From Candidatus Dormiibacterota bacterium (GTDB lineage Bacteria; Chloroflexota; Dormibacteria; Dormibacterales; Dormibacteraceae), in assembly GCA_024280995.1 (NCBI GenBank), contig JAMXLM010000045.1, positions 80,264 through 144,263 on the forward strand: a DNA stretch of 64,000 bases. Reading direction: 5' to 3'. Both the position numbers and the translations under genes were made by a program. Below are positions 60,637-64,000 of this stretch, piece after piece. The first letter of the stretch is position 1, and the number at the start of each line of letters is the position of its first letter. The notes under the pieces were generated by a model. It saw only the letters and a list, made by a program, of their open reading frames with translations. It did not search any database and was not told the origin of the DNA.

Positions 60637-61608
60637 CTAATGTGCGCCGGTCGTTGCGGTGGTCGGGACAACGATCGGCGGCAGGACTTCGTCGAGGCGT
60701 TCACGCCGCACCTGGAACCAGGGCGGCAGGCTCAAGTTGGTTCCCAGCTTCTCGGGCGATTCGTCGACGGTGAAGCCCGGGCCATCGGTCGCGATCTCGA
60801 ACAGCACGCCGCCGGGCTCGCGGTAGTAGATCGACTTGAAGTAGTACCGATCGATCACGGGAGTTACGTTGCGGCCCGCGGTCGTCAACGCCTGCCGCCA
60901 CTCCTTCTGGGTGTCGGCGTCGGGGGTCCGCCAGGCTACGTGGTGGACGGAGCCGATCGACTCCTCGCCCTCGGGCCCTTCAGGTGACTCGACGATGTCG
61001 AGCGTCGAGTGAGGGCCGCCGTCGCCAGTCTCGAAGCGCGTGCGGTTGCCCTCCTGGCCGACCATGCGGAAACCCATCGTGGTGGTCAGCAGGGTGAAGG
61101 TCGCGGCCATCTCCGCAAGGGTCATCGTCACGGAATGAAACCCGCGAACCGCGTGCTGCTCATCGACCGGCGAATCCGGCCACGGCTTCCACCGCTGGTC
61201 ATCCGCGTTGGCCACGAGCTCGATCTCGATGCCGTCGGCGTCCTGCAGGACGAGTGCGTCCGATTCGAACCTGCTGACCATTCGGTGGTCGACTTCGAGC
61301 CGCTTCAGGCGGCTGCTCCAGAAGCCAAGCGAACCCGAGGGCACCGCAAATGAGACCGTCGTGATCTGACCCGTCCCGGCGCGCTGCGCGGGCCAGTCCG
61401 GCCAGCCGAAGAAGGTCATCGCCGTCCCAGGCGTGCCGAGGTAGTCACCGAAATAGATGTGGTAGGTGTCGGGCATGTCCTGGTTGATGCTCTTCTTGAT
61501 GAAGCGCAGCCCGAGCACGCTGACGTAGAAGTCGACGCATCTCTGGACGTTGCCAGTGATGCAGGTCACGTGGTGGATTCCGGAAATGCTTCCCACGCCC
61601 GTCCTCAT
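60637..61608 (-). CDS. ring-cleaving dioxygenase, VOC/glyoxalase superfamily (MhqO/MhqA-like)
   Basis: ATG 61608. Tandem VOC modules (GIHHVTCITGNVQRCVDFYVSVLGLRF...; VRGFHSVTMTL...; HHVAWRTPD). Confidence 0.78.
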   Translation of the reverse strand: MRTGVGSISGIHHVTCITGNVQRCVDFYVSVLGLRFIKKSINQDMPDTYHIYFGDYLGTPGTAMTFFGWPDWPAQRAGTGQITTVSFAVPSGSLGFWSSRLKRLEVDHRMVSRFESDALVLQDADGIEIELVANADDQRWKPWPDSPVDEQHAVRGFHSVTMTLAEMAATFTLLTTTMGFRMVGQEGNRTRFETGDGGPHSTLDIVESPEGPEGEESIGSVHHVAWRTPDADTQKEWRQALTTAGRNVTPVIDRYYFKSIYYREPGGVLFEIATDGPGFTVDESPEKLGTNLSLPPWFQVRRERLDEVLPPIVVPTTATTGAH

Positions 61609-61609
61609 A

Positions 61610-62362
61610 TTAGTCGCGGTCTGAGGCGGCCTCAGACTCGGTCCTGGACCAGATCTCAGCCGCCATCGGCTCCTCCATTTCCTCCTGCAGGTGTGCCACA
61701 AGACCGATCGCGCGCGCCATGACCGCCAGCCCGCGGGTGATGCGCCAGGGCAGCTCCATCTCGCTCGCGATCGCGGCGATGGCGCCGGTGGCGTTGACCG
61801 GGAGCTCGCGGCCGGTCTCCTTCGACGCCTCCTTGCCGATCAGCTGCATCAGCTGCACGTGGTGCCTGGAGAACCCATGCTCGGCGGCAAGGTCGAACAA
61901 CCGAGCGGTGCGCGGATCGCCCGCCTTGTGCGTCGGGTGCCCGAGGCCCGGTATGGGCTGCTTGCGGTCACGGTGCTCCTCGACGATCCGGCGGGCGGTC
62001 TGGTGCGGGTCGTGGTCGTGCGGGGCCTCCTGCAGCATCCGCGCCGCCTGCTCGATCGAACCGCCGAACCGGTCGCCCATGCCGAGCAGCCCGGCGGCCA
62101 CCGCTGCCTGCAGCGCCTCGGGAGCGCCGTAGTAGGTGAGACGTGCGGCGATCGTGCTGGGCGTGATCCCGTGCTCGACGAGAGTGACGGCGATGGCGTT
62201 GAACATCAGCGACTCGCGCTCGTCGGGGAGGCGTCCCTTCAGCTCGAGGTACGCGACGTCGCCGAGGTTGGCCTTGCCGATCAGGCCGGCGAGGTCGTGG
62301 CCGCGGACGAAGATCCGGTCGGCTGTGCTGTGGCCGAGCGCGGAACGGAGCTTGCGGCTCAC
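61610..62362 (-). CDS. short citrate-synthase-fold protein (citryl-CoA lyase-like)
   Basis: 250 aa. ...MFNAIAVTLVEHG...PGLGHPTHKAGDPR...ARAIGLVAHLQEE. Only the C-terminal catalytic half of the citrate-synthase fold is present. Confidence 0.7.
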   Translation of the reverse strand: MSRKLRSALGHSTADRIFVRGHDLAGLIGKANLGDVAYLELKGRLPDERESLMFNAIAVTLVEHGITPSTIAARLTYYGAPEALQAAVAAGLLGMGDRFGGSIEQAARMLQEAPHDHDPHQTARRIVEEHRDRKQPIPGLGHPTHKAGDPRTARLFDLAAEHGFSRHHVQLMQLIGKEASKETGRELPVNATGAIAAIASEMELPWRITRGLAVMARAIGLVAHLQEEMEEPMAAEIWSRTESEAASDRD

Positions 62363-63699
62363 CCTTCGCCCCTCCTCGAGAGCCTCGTCTTGTACCCGGC
62401 TTCGCCGAAATCAGCCTCCGGGACCAGCGCGATCCTGGATCGGAAGGTGAGCTTCGAGTGGATCGCGTCCTCGATCTCTTTGACGAGTCGGTCATCCGCG
62501 GCGTGACCGCCCGTGACCTCGACCTCGATCGGTATCGGCGGCTCGATCGAAGTGTCGGTACCTGTTCGCACGACGCGGGCACGGCCCGTGACGCGCGGCC
62601 GGAAATCGCCGACGACCGACAGGATCGCCGTCGGATAGACGTTCACACCGCGGACGATGAACATGTCGTCGCGCCGGCCGAGAATACGCATTCTGAAGGT
62701 CGTGCGCTCGCATTCGCACGACGTGCCTTCGATGCGCACGATGTCGCCGCCGAGAAACCGCACAACCGGCATCGCCTCCCGTGTCAGGGCGGTGTAGACG
62801 AGCTCACCCACGGCACCGGTCTCGATCTCCATCGGCTCGCGAGAGTCGGGGTCGATCAGCTCGACCCATACGTGTCCCCCGCCGCAGAAGTGCATACCCT
62901 GCTGATGCGGGCACTCGCCGAACAGCGACGGGGCGACGTCGCCGATTCCCATGACCTCGGTGACGGTCACGCCCAGCTCCTTCTGGATGTGGTCGCGGAT
63001 CGCCGGGATTCCACCACCGGGCTCGCCTCCGGTGACGACGTGCGTCAGCAGGCCCAGTTGGTCGTGAGTCTTGTTGGCGAGGTACTGAGCGAAGGAAGCG
63101 GTCGCAAGCAGCGTGTCGGCCAGACCGGCGCGGAGGCCGAACAGGGTGCGCGTGGTATCGCCCGGGGCCACCGGGACCGAGCGAGCGCCGATGCGCAGGA
63201 GCACGAAATGCGTGTGGCCCGCGACGAACGGCCCCGCGCCGAAGGTGGTCAGCACGCTCGAGTGCTCGTGGATCCCCGTCGCGTAGTAGGTCCGGGTGCC
63301 CATTACCGTCCACGTCTCCATGTCGCCGCGCGTGAGCGCCAGCACGCTCGGCGTGCCCGAGGTCCCGCTGGTCTGGTAGACGCGCTTCACCTGGTCGGGG
63401 GCCACGCACAGGTTGCTGCCGAACGGCGGGTCCCCGTCTAGGGCCAGCTTGAGCTCGTCCTTGGTGGTGAACGGAAGCTCGTTCAGGTCGGCAAGGCTCA
63501 CGAAAGAGTTGCCGACGCCCGCCTCCTTCCACTTGCCCGCGTAGAACCGTGACGACTCGCGCAGGCGTCGGAACTGACGCTCCCACGCGCCGACGGAAAG
63601 CCGGCGAGTCTCCTCCCACGGCGCCGCCTCGACCTCGCGCTCCCAGATCCAGTCGCGCTCGCAGGCGTCGCCTTTGAGCCGGTTCGCGGTCATGGCCAT
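62359..63699 (-). CDS. phenylacetate-CoA ligase-like adenylate-forming enzyme (PaaK/F390 synthetase family)
   Basis: YQTSGTSGTPS P-loop, ...GGEPGG..., PaaK-type C-terminal domain. 4-nt overlap with the downstream lyase-like gene. Confidence 0.8.
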   Translation of the reverse strand: MAMTANRLKGDACERDWIWEREVEAAPWEETRRLSVGAWERQFRRLRESSRFYAGKWKEAGVGNSFVSLADLNELPFTTKDELKLALDGDPPFGSNLCVAPDQVKRVYQTSGTSGTPSVLALTRGDMETWTVMGTRTYYATGIHEHSSVLTTFGAGPFVAGHTHFVLLRIGARSVPVAPGDTTRTLFGLRAGLADTLLATASFAQYLANKTHDQLGLLTHVVTGGEPGGGIPAIRDHIQKELGVTVTEVMGIGDVAPSLFGECPHQQGMHFCGGGHVWVELIDPDSREPMEIETGAVGELVYTALTREAMPVVRFLGGDIVRIEGTSCECERTTFRMRILGRRDDMFIVRGVNVYPTAILSVVGDFRPRVTGRARVVRTGTDTSIEPPIPIEVEVTGGHAADDRLVKEIEDAIHSKLTFRSRIALVPEADFGEAGYKTRLSRRGEG

Positions 63700-63719
63700 G
63701 CGAGCAGATTAACCTTGCA

Positions 63720-63941
63720 AGAGTGTCACGCCCCTCGCGGGCCGATGCAGATTCGCGGCATCGACGGCCGGAGCCAAGGAAAGGGTGGCGCGAGGAGAGC
63801 GCAATACCTTCTGGGGTCCCCGCGCCGTGGTCGCGGGGGCAGCGACGCCGCGCCGGGCCCCCTTGACGTCGGCTTCAGCGCCGCAGGCGCCCGGCCGTCT
63901 AGGCCGCGAAGATGCGCCGTCCGTCGGGGGCGTGACACTCT
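63720..63941 (+). promoter_or_regulatory. structured leader motif, long copy (copy B)
   Basis: 15-bp perfect long-range helix 63720-63734 / 63927-63941. Inner helix 63747-63759 / 63903-63915 with a tandem G.A. Same conserved blocks as 42849-42926. Ends 2 nt before GTG 63944. Confidence 0.6.
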
Positions 63942-63943
63942 AA

Positions 63944-64000
63944 GTGGGTCCCAAGATCCTGCCGACCACGGTGGTCGGCAGCTATCCACAGCCTGACTGG
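63944..64000 (+). CDS. cobalamin-independent methionine synthase (MetE-like, short form), 5' fragment running off the window
   Basis: VGPKILPTTVVGSYPQPDW, the family-typical LPTT.VGSYP.P.W N-terminus. An in-frame TAA lies directly upstream of the GTG. Confidence 0.6.
   Translation, partial: MGPKILPTTVVGSYPQPDW

Noticed and set aside
63720-63941. Cobalamin riboswitch (classic upstream of metE), or a SAM-type riboswitch.
   Set aside because: I found no convincing B12-box/core (GCCACUG, ...CCCGC.ACUGU..., AGYCMGGAGACCKGCC). The only weak resemblance is GCCGCAGGCGCCCGGCC. I also saw no SAM-I or SAM-IV blocks. The 78-nt copy at 42849-42926 lacks the inserted region entirely, so the conserved core is something else. 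A cmscan is still needed to be sure.

Overview
High-GC, tightly packed bacterial chromosomal segment. The gene content looks Terrabacteria-like (Actinomycetota, Chloroflexota or a related lineage): LLM/F420-type oxidoreductases, an MDMPI/DinB-type protein, an SLT/Rpf-like wall hydrolase, OtsA/OtsB. GTG/TTG starts and 1-14 nt start/stop overlaps are common. I can support about 57 protein genes, 3 tRNAs and one apparently intact IS3-family element. I see no rRNA, CRISPR array or prophage.

Gene order:
- pcrA-ligA-(small membrane ORF)-gatCAB operon (-).
- GAF-nucleotidyl cyclase (+).
- SLT/Rpf-like hydrolase, a STAND ATPase-TPR-cyclase, plsC-like gene and a PKD-domain secreted protein (-).
- FtsX/MacB-type ABC system with one double-FtsX permease and two ATPases (+).
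- tRNA-Lys.
- CAP-IPT-repeat secreted protein.
- Opp/Dpp-type ABC locus with three paralogous family-5 binding proteins, interrupted by the IS.
- Orphan XDH-family Mo subunit.
- otsA, then a co-directional minus-strand string mntR-mntH-[leader]-LLM-aidB-like-otsB.
- Uncharacterised envelope proteins.
- tRNA-Glu and tRNA-Val.
- PCD, MFS transporter, GT-C-like membrane protein plus ABC exporter.
- Small stress/ferritin-like genes.
- A hydroquinone/aromatic-catabolism-like cluster, then the first 19 codons of a MetE-like gene.

Most interesting signal: a structured, sequence-conserved leader motif present twice (42849-42926 minus strand; 63720-63941 plus strand). Each copy ends 2 nt before the GTG start of an unrelated gene. 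The stems are conserved, the start context ...GACACTCTAAGTG is identical, and the long copy carries a ~140-nt insertion in the apical loop. I cannot assign it to any riboswitch class I know.

Other points worth follow-up:
- an ABC ATPase with a degenerate signature motif and a SpoVT/AbrB-like tail;
- an EncFtn-like ferritin with no encapsulin shell gene nearby;
- a STAND ATPase with a C-terminal cyclase output;
- a 24-bp direct repeat flanking the IS;
- a small family of ACAAGTG-N4-CACTTGT hairpins;
- DtxR-type operator(s).

All calls rest on reading the sequence and ORF translations; no searches were run.
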